A DNA stretch of 64,000 nt from Prorocentrum cordatum (lineage: Eukaryota): positions 2,294,001-2,358,000 of the forward strand of contig CAUYUJ010000002.1 of assembly GCA_963575745.1 (NCBI GenBank), written 5' to 3'. Under the pieces are notes generated by a model. It worked only from the letters and a program-made list of their open reading frames with translations, had not been told where the DNA came from and searched no databases. Position 1 is the first letter of the stretch. Every line of letters begins with the position of its first letter. Position numbers and translations under genes: made by a program. Of this stretch, positions 50,064 to 62,515 are shown one piece after another.

Positions 50064-52804
50064 CTAAATTACCCTGTGACGTACCCAACCCACTTGTATC
50101 ATGGGAAACGAGGAGTTGGCCGAAACTTGCACGGACCATCAAATTGCAGGATCCGTTGTTTGATATGTAAGCTACTTGGGACACGCGCCATGGCATGATG
50201 CGCAGGAGAACCATACAAGAACGAGGGGCGACAGCTACAGGCTCGAAGAAGACATGGGGAGTCGGGAACGAAGAGCAGGAGAAAGACGCGCGGGAAACCC
50301 ACTGTGCTGGGCCCCTCAGCAGCCCTCGAAAGTGGCGACAGTTTCACAGATCGCAGCCCCCCAAGGATGGCGAGGTCTAATCTGAGTCTGCTGTGAATAC
50401 CCACTGTGCTGGGCCCCTCAGCAGCCCTCGAAAGGGGCGGCAGTTTCACAGATCGCAGCCCCCCAGGGATGGCGAGGTCTAATATGAGTCTGCGGTGGGT
50501 TCCCATTGTGCTGGGCCCCTCAGCAGCCCTCGAAAGTGGCGACAGTTTCACAGACCGCAGCCCCCCAGGGACGGCGAGGTTCCATTTGAGTTTGCGGTGA
50601 GTACACACTGTGCTGGGACCCCCAGCAGCCCTCGAAAGTGGCGACAGCTTCACAGATCGCAGCCCCCCAGGGATGGCGAGGTCACATTTGAATCTGCGGT
50701 GAGTACCCAATGTGCTGGGCCCCTCAGCAGCCCCCGAAAGCGGCGAGAGCTTCACATATCGCAGCCCCCCAGGGATGGCGAGGTCCCATTTGAGTAAGAG
50801 AGTGGCGACAGTTTCGCAGATCGCAGCCTTCCAGGGATGGCGAGGTCTAATTTGAAGCCGCCGTGGGTACCCACTGTGCTGGGCCCCCCCAGCAGCCCTC
50901 GAAAGTGGCGACAGTTTCACAGATCGCAGCCCCCCAGGGATGGCGAGGTATCATTTGAATCCGCCGTGGGTGCCCGCTGCGCTGGGCCCCTCAGCAGCCC
51001 TCGAAAGTGGCGACAGTTTCACAGATCGCAGCCCCCCAGGGACGGCGAGGTCTCATTTGAACCCGCCGTGGGTACCCGCTGCGCGGGCCCCCCCAGCAGC
51101 CCTCGAAAGTGGCGACAGTTTCGCAGATCGCAGCCCCCCCAGGGATGGCGAGGTCACATTTGAATCTGCCGTGGGTGCCCACTGTGCTGGGCCCCCCAGC
51201 AGCCCTCGAAAGTGGTGACAGTTTCGCAGATCGCAGCCCCCCCAGGGATGGCGAGGTCACATTTGTCGCTGTGGGTACCCGCTGCGCTGGGCCCCCCAGC
51301 AGCCCTCGAAAGTGGCGCGAGTTTCACAGATCGCAGCCCCCCAGGGACGGCGAGGTCTCATTTGAACCCGCCGTGGGTACCCGCTGCGCTGGCCCCCCCA
51401 GCAGCCCTCGAAAGTGGCGACAGTTTCACATATCGCAGCCCCCCAGTGATGGCGAGGTCACATTTGAATCCGCCGTGGGTACCCACTGTGCTGGGCCCCC
51501 CAGCAGCCCTCGAAAGTGGCGACAGTTTCACAGATCGCAGCCCCCCAGGGATGGCGAGGTCTCATTTGAATCCGCCGTGGGTACCCACTGTGCTGGGCCC
51601 CCCAGCAGCCCTCGAAAGTGGCGACAGTTTCACAGATCGCAGCCCCCCAGGGATGGCGAGGTCTCATTTGAATCCGCCGTGGGTACCCGCTGCGCTGGGC
51701 CCCTCAGCAGCCCTCGAAAATGGCGACAGTTTCACAGATCGCAGCCCCCCAGGGACGGCGAGGTCTCATTTGAATCCGCCGTGGGTACCCGCTGCGCGGG
51801 GCCCCCCAGCAGCCCTCGAAAGTGGCGACAGTTTCACAGATCGCAGCCCCCCCAGGGATGGCGAGGTCACATTTGAATCTGCCGTGGGTGCCCACTGTGC
51901 CACTGTGCTGGGCCCCCCAGCAGCCATCGAAAGTGGCGACAGTCTCGCAGATCGCAGCCCCCCCAGGGATGGCGAGGTCACATTTGTCGCTGTGGGTACC
52001 CGCTGCGCTGGGCCCCCCAGCAGCCCTCGAAAGTGGCGACAGTTTCACAGATCGCAGCCCCCCAGGGACGGCGAGGTCTCATTTGAATCCGCCGTGGGTA
52101 CCCGCTGCGCTGGCCCCCCCAGCAGCCCTCGAAAGTGGCGACAGTTTCACAGATCGCAGCCCCCCAGGGATGGCGAGGTCACATTTGAATCCGCCGTGGG
52201 TACCCGCTGCGCTGGCCCCCCCAGCAGCCCTCGAAAGTGGCGACAGTTTCACAGATCGCAGCCCCCCAGGGACGGCGAGGTCTCATTTGAATCCGCCGTG
52301 GGTACCCACTGTGCTGGGCCCCCCAGGAGCCCTTGAAAGTGGCGACAGTTTCACAGATCGCAGCCCCCCAAGGATGGCGAGGTCTCATTTGAATCCGCCG
52401 TGGGTACCCATTGTGCTGGGCCCCCCAGCAGCCCTCGAAAGTGGCGACAGTTTCACATATCGCAGCCCCCCCAGGGATGGCGAGGTCCCAGTTGGGTCCG
52501 CCGTGGGTACCCATTGTGCTGGGCCCCCCAGCAGCCCTCGAAAGTGGCGACAGTTTCACAGATCGCAGCCCCCCAGCGATGGCGAGGTCCCATTTGAATC
52601 CGCCGTGGGTACCCACTGTGCTGGGCCCCCCAGCAGCCCTCGAAAGTGGCGACAGTTTCACTGATCGCAGCCCCCCAGCTGGCACGCAGCGACGAGCGAG
52701 GCGAAAGGCAGGGGGGAAGAGAGGGACGGGAGGCGGGAAGGAAGGTTCGCGCGAGCAGTGCTGTATTCAAAACGAGAACCCAACGCAGGAGGGTTGGGAA
52801 AAAA
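50064..52804 (-). mobile_element. Family A-related element carrying a 102-bp satellite
   Basis: Right end: purine tract + ttcaaaacgagaacccaacgcaggagggttggg + A-run. Candidate partner cccaaccc at 50084-50091; left boundary tentative. Confidence 0.55.
50298..52678 (+). repeat. 102-bp satellite, ~23 copies
   Basis: cccactgtgctgggccccccagcagccctcgaaagtggcgacagtttcacagatcgcagcc..., e.g. at 51482 and 51584. Confidence 0.95.
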
Positions 52805-53149
52805 CCCGACCTGGTGCCCAAGCAGACCCTAGATGCAAACCCGACCGCGCAGCGGCTGAGATCTCCATGTCCGTGTTTGGGCTCGCGCTTGCCCCAGACG
52901 AGCCACGATCGAGTGTCAACCCTGCCCTTCCCAGTGCGCTTTTCGAATCCGAGGACTCCAGGCCCAACCGATCCGAACTGCAGGCTTGTTCGACACAGTG
53001 AATGACAGGCTTTGTTGGGCGTGCACAGCCCGTCTTAGCAACAGCTCTTGTTCATCATGTTATCTGTGGCTCCAGCTCAGTGCGCGAAACGGGTATTCGC
53101 TAGGGCATCGGCGCCCAGCTCGGCCCCGACATTATCAAGATCGCCCAAC

Positions 53150-53500
53150 ACCCCGTGTACTGGGCCCCGAGCGAACACATCGGGAGCGCAAGCTCTCAGC
53201 GACGGGTTTCTTTCGAATCGTGGACGCCGCGCGCGGACGAGACGCGCTTCTTGGAAGAGTGCTCAGAACGGCATGTTGCGACGTGCATGCGGCATTCGAC
53301 GTGGTCCTGAGGAGCCATGGCACGAGTGGATTCGACGGGCCACGAGACGTGCGAGGGCCGAGGATCACGCAGTGGCCGTCGGGGACTGGCCGACGGCGCA
53401 CCCTGCGAGGAAGTGGCCCTGGGCCGGGCACGTCTGCAGATCAAGTGCGCGCACTTGGGTCTGGAGAGTGATGTCCTGGCGCGACTCCCCCGCTCTGAGC
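53150..53500 (+). pseudogene. 3' remnant of an RTE-like LINE ORF2
   Basis: AQNGMLRR..WIRRATRRAR..RKWPWAGHVCR..W, the typical post-RT WAGH motif. Confidence 0.6.
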
Positions 53501-54589
53501 GGGCCCGGCTTCAGTCTCCCTCCTACCACCGCCGGGCGCCACGTCCTCTCCCCGTCGCGCATCGCTGCTTAATTCGCGCTGATATGCCCTGCCAATGCTT
53601 TTCCGCCAGCGCAGTCATTCTGCCTGGCCGCCGACCCAACAAGTTCCGGCGCGACTCCGCGTGAACGAAGGATGCAAGGCGCGAGGGCCCCGGGAGGCTC
53701 ATGAGGCCATCGCGCGGCAGACACATGAAACGGGAAGACCAATTGCGCCGATGTGCTGCTCATACCTGCGGGCGACGCTGGGCATCGATGGCCGCCGACA
53801 GGGCCGGGTGGCTAGCCAGCACGCAAGATTTTGCGACGCGGTCGACGTCGTAGCTGGCCTGAGTGCCCAGCCCGAATATTATCGCTGTTCTAGTTCCTGC
53901 ATGCGCGCCCGCGCGTCTGGCCTCTTCGGAGACGCACACAATTGCCACTTGCCACTTGCAAAGCTTATTACAACACTTGGCCCTCACACATCTGGATGTC
54001 GAGGCAGAATACTTGTTTTCTCGTTATGATCATCCTCATCCTGCTCATCCTCCTCTTCCTCCACTTGCTCCTTCAGGGAGGCTTCAGAAAGGGTGAAGGG
54101 GAAGAGGGAGGGGAAGGACGTTCGAGAAGATGTTTCGAAACCGCATGTTATCAGGGGGAGGAGGAAGACGACGAATTTTAAGGGAGCAAGGCTTAGCATG
54201 CAGAGCACTTGTGTTCCGTAGCCTTCTGTGCTCGAGGAAGGGGAGGGGGCGGGGGTGCTCGCTGCCCCCTTGCGAGCGCAGGATGATCCCGTCGATGCCT
54301 TGGGAACGGGGCGTCTTGGGAGCCATGGTGAGCGGCACTGGATTCCCAGGCGAGGTGATGCGGGAACCATGGCCAGCTCGCCTGCTGCTTCCGTTGTCCC
54401 CGCCTGCAGCCGAGGCCCTGGAGGTGCCCTCGGCGGCGCCTGAACCGCGCGCGCCGGCAGCCCCAGCGCCCAAGCGACAAATCTCGCACGGGCCGGCCAG
54501 GAAAACGGACGGAGCAGCGCCAATGCTTGACGATCAACAAGCGGAGAGGCTGCAGTCGAGGAATGGGTCGCGATCGTCCTCGCAGCGTG

Positions 54590-55370
54590 CGGGCATAGTC
54601 AGCTACGAGCCGCCAGCAGAAGTCCGCCAAGCGGTCACCGACATCCTCGAGGTGAAGCAGGCTACAACCATGAGCAAGCGGGCCGGGGTGATCGGCTTGT
54701 ACCCACGCCGCTGCGGCTGCAACCCGCTTCCCCCCACCGAGAAGAAGGCCGTATATTACCTCACGGAGGCGATCCAAGAGCCTCCATCGAGGGGCACATC
54801 CTTCCTGGAAGCAATGGCCTTTTTAGGAGGCTAGAGGGAGCGGATGATGCTCTGACTTTGAGGACAAGAGGCTTGGCGGCGCGGGGACTCAAGAGGAAGA
54901 GGCCGAAGAGACAGCGAGCGCCTTTCAAAGCTGCGCAGTTGTCCCAAGCGGAAGATGTCCTCGTCGACGGGAACCCAGCGTTGTCGGAAGTGGAGATCGT
55001 GGTGCTCGGCTTCTTTGTCTTTGCGGTCCACGTCAGGGGGCGCTTTGGAGATTGCGCCCGGGTCTCCCGCGAGCCTCATTGGACCCCCCGTCAGGGAACA
55101 GGGGTTTCATCGAAGCTGCAGCTGGGTTCGGCGACCACACGACGGGGCACGCGGCGCGGAAGGCTTCGGAGCTCTTCCCGTTGGTCGGACTCGCGCTGGG
55201 GGTGTCTGGCAGACCCTGGGCGGCGGCCTGGCTCCGGCGACGTTCCGAGGTGGGCCTGAATGCGTGGAGGGACCGCTGCCTGTTCCCTCTCCTGCTGAGT
55301 GACGGCCGGTTCGGCGACGCCAGGATGGGCGCTGCGGAGGGAGGCTACTGGCTGCAGTACATCGCACGCG
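54590..55370 (+). pseudogene. Truncated tyrosine recombinase of DIRS-like type
   Basis: PLPPTE..VYYL..PSRGTSFLEAMAF, then KRQRAPF, GFFVFAVHVRGRFGD (candidate catalytic Arg box), GVSGRPWAAAW; stops and frameshifts; no HxxR/Y part. Confidence 0.55.
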
Positions 55371-55428
55371 ATCTCCCCCGGGGCCGCGCCGCCCTCGGCG
55401 CTGGGCTCGCACGAGGAGGGCACTGTCC

Positions 55429-55716
55429 ATGTTGCACCCGTCCTACCGGGGCGTCATCCTCGGGGCCCACGACGCGGTTGGGGCCGAGGAGCGGGACACG
55501 CGCCTGGAGGAGTACCTCGCGAGCCTCACGGCCAACCCAGAGGACGAGCAGGCGCGGGCACGCGTCATCAACACCTCAACCTACAACAACCCAATTACGA
55601 GCACCCAGATGGGCCGTTGGTGGTGGGCGCACGCTGGCGCGCCTTACACGACAGGTGGAAGGGGGGAACCAACGGGGCTCCCCCGTCGACTGGATGGAGG
55701 GCGTGCCGTCAAATAA
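55429..55716 (+). CDS. Coding-like fragment of unknown product
   Basis: Strong G/C third-position bias over HPSYRGVILG..TSTYNNPITSTQMG. Confidence 0.3.
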   Translation: MLHPSYRGVILGAHDAVGAEERDTRLEEYLASLTANPEDEQARARVINTSTYNNPITSTQMGRWWWAHAGAPYTTGGRGEPTGLPRRLDGGRAVK

Positions 55717-56423
55717 AGTGCCAGACCCTTCGGCCGCGCACTCCCAGGGCTCGGCGGGCTGGCGGAGGGTCCCGCGGGGCAACGGCGCGTCGAGCGGCCA
55801 CCCGCAGGCGCCGCCCCCGCCGCCGCGGCCGCAGCAGCAGCGGCAGCCGCACCAGGCGGGCAGCAGGGCGAGGCCTGGCTCGCACGTCAACACGTCAACG
55901 GTCGGGGAAGCGTCAGATTCGAGTAAGCTTGAATTCGGGTTTGCCGAAGTTTTTCGACGAGCGCGTCCTGGATTTTGACGGTCCAATGTTCGTAGGATGT
56001 TTGCAGCGGGAGCCCGCGTCAAATTTCGGATTGGGTCTCATCGCTTTTACGATGGCCCCCGTCAGGCCAACCCGAGTCCCACGTACCTGAGCGTTACGTC
56101 TCCCATGAACGGACGCGTTGCCCCCGCGTGCGGCATGGCCTCCGAGGCGCGCAACATCCGCAACAACGCGCCCCACGGCTGCAAGACCTCGTGCGCGTGG
56201 GGCCGCCAGCACGTCCGCCGCGTCTGCGGCGGCCCGCGCCCGCCTGATCCGCCGCCCTCCCGCACGTTAGGGTCCGCCCGCCGCCCGACCCACCCGCCCG
56301 CCCGCTAAGCCCCGCCCGCCCGACCCGACCCGCCCGCCGGGGTGTGCGTGTGATATTCCGATTGCGAGGCATACTTCAACGTCCCGCCCGCCCGATTTGC
56401 CGCCCGCCCGTTAGGGACCGCCC

Positions 56424-57046
56424 GTCGTCGTCGTCGTCGTCGTCTTCGTCGTAGTCGTCGTCCTCGTCATCGTCGTCGTCGTCGTCGTTGCCGTCGCTGC
56501 ATTCGCTGATGCCCTCGTCGTCGGCGGCGTCGTCGTCGTGGCCGTCCTTGTTGCCCTGTTCGTCGGCGTCGGCGTTGTCGTTGTTTTGTTTTCGCCGTCG
56601 TCGTTGTCGACGTAGTGGTCGTCGTCGTTGTCGGCGGCGTCGGCATCGGCGTCGTCGTCGTCGTTTTCGACGTCGTCGTCGTCATCGTCGTCGTCCTTGT
56701 TGTCGTCGTTGTCGTTGTCATCCCCGTCGTCGTCGTCGTTGTCGTCCGCGGCGGCGTCGTCGTCGCCTGGTCCGCCGCCCTCCCGCCCGCCCGCCAGTTA
56801 GGGCCCCGCCAGCCGCCAGGCCCACCCGCCGGGCGAACGGGAATCCAGGCGAACGGGGACCGGCGAACAGGGATTCCAGCGATCAAGGACCGGCGAACAG
56901 GAACCGACGAGCAGGGACCAGCGAACGGGGATTGGCGAAAGGGGACTAGCGAACGGGGACTTTGGCGAACGGGGCCCCACCGAACGGGGAGTTGGCGAAC
57001 GGGAGCTGGCGAACATGGACCGGCAAACAGGGATTCTGGCGAACAG
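56424..57046. repeat. (GTC)n microsatellite (56424-56765) followed by degenerate ggcgaacggg repeats (56830-57046)
   Basis: Direct reading. Confidence 0.85.
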
Positions 57047-57716
57047 GTCTTGTATCGTGATGTTGTTTGAGCGTCCATTGCGTTTTCGGAAGGGGGACAG
57101 GAGGAGGAGGAGGAGGAGGAGGACGAGGAGGAGGATGCCTGAGGGAGCAGGGGGGAGGAAGGAGGGAGGGCGCAGAAGCCAGGAGGCAGGAGGGGAGGAC
57201 ATGTGGGGAACATCCTGCCTCCAACCCAGACGCCCCCCAATCCCATGCCCGAGGAATCAATGAACGCTTCGAGTGTCTGGGGCCATTCTCGAACGCCGCA
57301 GATGTTGGTCCAGTTCCGATGTGTGTGCTCTGCGGGGACACATTCCCGGGCCTTTCTCGTCGTGGGATTTCCTCAAAGGGAGAAGTTCGAGACGCCGTGA
57401 AGATTGAGAGAGTGGGGGATTGCACGGAGACTCGTGTGCTATCCTGGTTCTTTGCGAATGCACAGGGCTGTGTCAGAGGAGGTCAGGACGCCCAGCGCAG
57501 AGCCGTGTGTCGCAATGGTTGATCAAGCCCTGGTGCGTGTGTGACAGATGCCGCACCTCGCAGACATCTCAGGATGGTGTTACTCGCGGGACTGAGCTTG
57601 GTATTCCATTGATGTTCTGCCGTGGTTGGGTGTCGCCGTGAAGACAGAACCGTGGTGGCGGTTGTTTTTAGTTCTCTCTCTCTTTCTCTCTTTGTCTCTC
57701 TCTCCCCCTGTCGTTG

Positions 57717-57747
<31 letters not shown>

Positions 57748-59117
57748 GTATTACGTATGTTCACGCTTTGCTTGAACAGCAAAAATAAATCAGAGGAAGC
57801 TGCGGGTGAGGAGGTGCGTCAGCGACGGCAGATGGTCGGACGTTCCCACGCGGGCGGTGCATGAATTAATGATGTAGGAGCTATTCGATTTTCTGTGTGT
57901 CCGTCTTGCGAGAGCGCAACATGGCAATTAATGCACCGAGCGTATAAGATCGTAGTCCAATTCGTTGCCGTAGCAGCCAGACTGTACACGCAGGCGGCGG
58001 GACATGATAAAAATTGCTGTGCTTACGCTGTGTTACCACCTCCCCAATCTTTCTTTCTTGCGCAGTGTAATCCACACTCGCGCGCGTGGTCGAGGGTGTG
58101 CACAGAAGAGACAAATTTGTAGTATAAAAGTAGGCCGGTTTCAGTGGGCATCTGTTTAGTAGGGTGGCAGTCGTTCGCACGATTGCGGCAGATGTTACCC
58201 GACGTCCTGACCATGGCATGAAGTTGCCAGCAATATGACGAGAAGACGTGTGATTGGATGCAGGAAGAAGTTAGATGGTTCAAAAGCAGCAGCAATAGGC
58301 CACGGTTTTATATTCACGGCGCCACTAATTCTTAATAATATTATCTTTTCGTACACGTAGAAATTCGACTACGGATGCGAAAATTCAGAGTTTGAGTGGT
58401 ACTACTACCAGGGATACGGACACGACCCCCCGCCTTCGGCTTCTGAGGAATATATGCTAAGATCCTTCCAGCGATGCAAAAATGCACGATTCAGGTCGGA
58501 GCCCCCATGCCGGCGCCGCGCAAGAGCCCGTCCCGTGTGACACTTCTCATCCCTACCCGGGGAGCGCTGCAAAACGTAGCATGCTCTGCCGCGTCGTTTT
58601 GGTGTGCCTTTCTCGTCGTCGTCATCGTCGTCCGCGTCTCCCCCTACAATGATCTCCTCGTTGCCTCCTTTTGTTGTCTGGAAATGGAACGGCCACCCAG
58701 AAGGCAGCAACATGTGACGGCTCTCGTCTCTATTGGTGGTGGGGTTCTCCAGGGGGCCACCAGGGCCGTCTTGGGGCTTTGGCCTCTTGTGGACCATCTT
58801 GGGATCCCCTTGGCCCGAGAGAGGACTGTGGCAGGTTTGGGTGGCCCAGAGATTGCCAAGTTAGTCCCAAAATCGCCCAGGATATTCGAGGAACGGGGCG
58901 GGCGGGCGGGTGATCAAAGAGAAAGAGTTTCGTTTCAATTTGGATACAACTTGAACCGATTCACAGTTCGGTTTGGCGACTGTGGATGGCCCCAGGGTTG
59001 CCACAGGGACAAGAGAGTTTCGAATGTGAAAACCCTTTGCGCACGCCGACAAGGGCCGGCGAACTATGAGGGCTACGCGCATTTGCCATTGATTTTCCAC
59101 GCAACGGCACAGATGTG

Positions 59118-59590
59118 CGCGCTCCCAGGCGCTCCCAGGCGCTTCCAAATGCTCCCAGGCGCTCACAGGCGCTCCCAGGCGCCCCCAGGCTCTCCCAGGC
59201 GTTCCCAGGCGCTTCCAGGCACTTCCAGGCGTTCCCAGCCGCTTCCGAGCGCTCCCAAGCGTTCACAGGCGCTCCCAAGCGCTTCCAGGCGTTCCCAAGC
59301 GCTCCCAGGCGCTCCCAAGCGCTCCCAGGCGCTCCCAGGCGTTCCCAGGCGCACCCAGGCGCACCCAAGCGCTCCCAGACGTTCCCAGGCGTTCCCAGGT
59401 GTTTCCAAGCGCTCCCTAACGCTCCCAGGCGCTCCCAGGCGCCCCCAGGCATTCCCAAGCGCTCCCAGGCGCTTCCAAGTGCTGCCAGGCGCTCCCAGGC
59501 CCTCCAGGCGCTGCCAGGCGCTCCCAGGCGTTCCCAGGCACTCCCAGGCGCTCCCGCGCTCCCAAGCGCCCCCGAGCGCTCCAGGCGCTC
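59118..59590. repeat. 10-bp minisatellite (gctcccaggc)n, ~47 units
   Basis: Direct reading. Confidence 0.95.
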
Positions 59591-60029
59591 ATGAAGGAGG
59601 TGAACCACAGCGGGTGGTACATCACGAAGAGCATGTCGCTCGAGAAGAAGGAGTTCGAGTCGGAGGGGAACATCTGCGCGTGGTGCCCGTCGCGCCCACG
59701 TGCGCCGCAGACGTTCCCCGAGGTGGCTCACATCCCGCACTGGTGGGTGCAAGAAGCAGCACCAAGCGGTTTCCATCAAGAGCGGGGTCGTCTTGCTCCA
59801 CGAGCTCGCGGCGGCCGCGAAGGAGGGCGCCCAGACGCACAAGTGGCTCATCGGGCAGCTCGCGTGCTCGGGCTGGCAGACTTCGTCTGATGGGAAGGCG
59901 TTCGCGGAGGAGATCATGATGGCGACGGAGATGTCAGTCGACTTAAACATCTCCGACGAGCAGCTGAATTGGTGGATTATAAATGCCAGCGAGGCAGCGG
60001 CGCTGATGGAGACTGGGGCAGGCCTCTGA
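59591..60029 (+). pseudogene. Coding-like segment (terminal exon or frameshifted ORF), unknown product
   Basis: MKEVNHSGWYITKS.. continues after a frameshift as ..KKQHQAVSIKSGVVLL..LMETGAGL*; coding-like codon bias. Confidence 0.4.
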
Positions 60030-61054
60030 TGAGCCCACCGCCCATCGCAGCCAGCGATAGGTTGGCCAATGCGTGTTGCGGCCAGTCGTTCGCGCTCGCG
60101 GCCAGCGTCAGGTTGGCCAATGCGAGCGGCTGCTGATGCAATGCCATCGCACTTTGCGGTAGTGATGTAATAGGTCGGCCGAGGCGCGTGGGAACGCGCG
60201 CGCGACCCACCCATGCACGCAAGGTGTGCGGCCCATTGGACGAACAGTTGCGGGCCCAGTTGGCGCGAGAGCAACTGCTCCAGATGCAGCCCCAGTTGCG
60301 GGCCCCAGTTGCGGGCCCACGCCCGAGCGACCCTGGCAAACACGCATCAACAAAACCATAATGGCACCACTGGCCCCTTGCACTAGTCAAGCACATATTG
60401 TTTTTTCTGCTATGTGGGGTAAGTGCACCATCACGCAGCTCTCGAGCCAGCCGTGCATGCTATATGTTTTGTTTGCGGCTGATGGCCCACAGGATGAGCA
60501 TCGCAGGGGGGGGGGGGGGGGTCACACAGGGGTAGCAGCAGTGCAAATGTTCATCCAATGGGCAGCCCCGCAGCGCGCAGTGACATAGGGACTGTAAAAT
60601 ACGTTCTTTTCCTAGCTCGCTCGTGTCGCGGCGGCATCGGCGACGACCCGCAGCGCGGCTGTGGATGCGACGGCTCGCAGCGCGGTTGCCGTGCCACCAT
60701 CTAGGGCGCGCCAGCATCATAATGCCGCGCGCGTTCGCAGCTGGGAGCGAAAAAACGTCCTCATCCTCTCCACCTCGCCCCATGCTATCCTGACGTCTCC
60801 AGCCCGCCTCCGATCGTCTAGATCACGTACCCTGTCGTACTATCTATGTCTGCATAGACTCCTTAGTATAGTTCGCTCCGTCTTGTATTGAGCCGAGCTG
60901 CCTCGTGAACATGTGTCAGTAAAGACGTTTCGGATGTTCCTGAATGAACCTTGAGATTGTTTCGGAAGGTACGTGGTACTTCGGCTGAGCACCAACATTG
61001 TAGATTTCATAGTGATGCCAGTTCGGATCAGCCATACCCGACGCAATCTCAGTT

Positions 61055-61088
61055 TGCACTCGATTTTGGAATTCTAAAATCGAGTGCA
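61055..61088. other. Near-perfect 34-bp palindrome
   Basis: tgcactcgatttt g gaattc t aaaatcgagtgca; one G/T mismatch pair. Confidence 0.9.
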
Positions 61089-61366
61089 GGATGATTGACG
61101 CAGCACCATTTGCGAAGTTCAGCGTGTAAGATCCGCAGGATATGATGTGCAGTCGGGGCGCCGAGGTCTGCCTTGGGTCTGGAAATCATGTCGTCTTGGG
61201 GCGCATTGGGGACAGCGTCTCGGCCGATTTGGGTTGCATTGTAGCATATATCTGGCCTATGATAGCAACGACTCGGTGAGCGCGAGCCCCGCGAACGTGA
61301 GTTCCAGCAAGAGCGTGAGCTCGACGAGGCGGCCCTCGATGCTATAGGCGTTGCGGTTCAAGGGCC

Positions 61367-62054
61367 ATGTCGGCAGAGCCACCGCCCCCTGGGCACCCGC
61401 CTCCCGAGCGCGGGCCTCCAGCCTGCCCGCGTCCGATGAGCTCGACCTCGGATGGGATTCCTGTCAAGAGCCCGCCTCCGAAGGCGAAGCCGCCGCCGCC
61501 GAGTGCGCCCAACGGATGCCCGCAGCATCCGCCTGAGCCTCATAGCCAGGAGGCAGAGAACCGCGTTCACATGGTAGCCCTCCACAACAATGTGAAGACG
61601 TTGCACACGACGGTGTGCGGTCTGTGCGAGCATGCGAACTACTTGCAGAAGAAGGTCGAGACTCTGGAACAGGAGCTTCGCGCTCGAGACCAAGAGCGGG
61701 ATCAAGAGATCACATCCGCCATCAAGAAGTTCGACGAGGAAGCGACGGCGAGGGCAAAAAAAAGCGATGCAGGAAGCTAAAGTTCCGGAGATTTCGGCGA
61801 AGAAGCAGCCGCAGATGTTCAGCATCGGCCTCACAACGGCAGACACATCAACAGTCAAGAAGGGCGAGCCGACGCCAGAGAGCGACCTCAGCGAGAGTTG
61901 GGCGGTACCAAACGGAATCACGAATGAGCACGTCGGGGGCAGCTGCAGCTCTCGCGGGGGGCAAGTCGGCGTCAAGGACAAGTCGAATACAACGCGCGTC
62001 GGGGATTGCACCGTCGGCTCCAAGGAGAAGTCGAAGAAGAAAGGCGGCAAGTGA
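61367..62054 (+). CDS. Intronless Pro-rich/coiled-coil protein (~229 aa) with one frameshift in an A8 run
   Basis: ORF 61367..61780 joins ORF 61632..62054 at aaaaaaaa (~61756-61763); coding-like codon use; basic C-terminus. Confidence 0.5.
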
Positions 62055-62515
62055 GGGCGTGGCTGCTGGCCTTCGCTGCATCGTGCGTTACAGAGCACCA
62101 CGGCTGATGCAGCGCATAAGCGAATCCGCCTGCCTGCAGGCGCAGAAAAATCCAGCCCTCTACTCCTCATCCTCGAGCGAACCGCTCTACGTGTCGATGG
62201 CACTCTTCCGGTTTCTCGTAACGCGGTGTTCAGCTTTGCAGTGCCGCATGTTACCCTCGCATGTTAAGTGCTACATGCACAGTCGTGCCACGCGCACTGG
62301 CGTCGTATACTTCATCCAGTGCTACGTGCACATATTACGTTACGTAAGCAAGCAAGAGGAGCGACATTGTGGACCATGTGGTCAATGATACATGCCTGTA
62401 TCTCCGCATCTTTTTTCTGCTCAAGCGCGCGGGCTGGGGTTGCCCCGCGCGCTGAGGCCATCCCGCGCGCGCCCTCCCCGCGCGCTGAGCCCCCGCCCCT
62501 CGGCGGGGATTCGCC

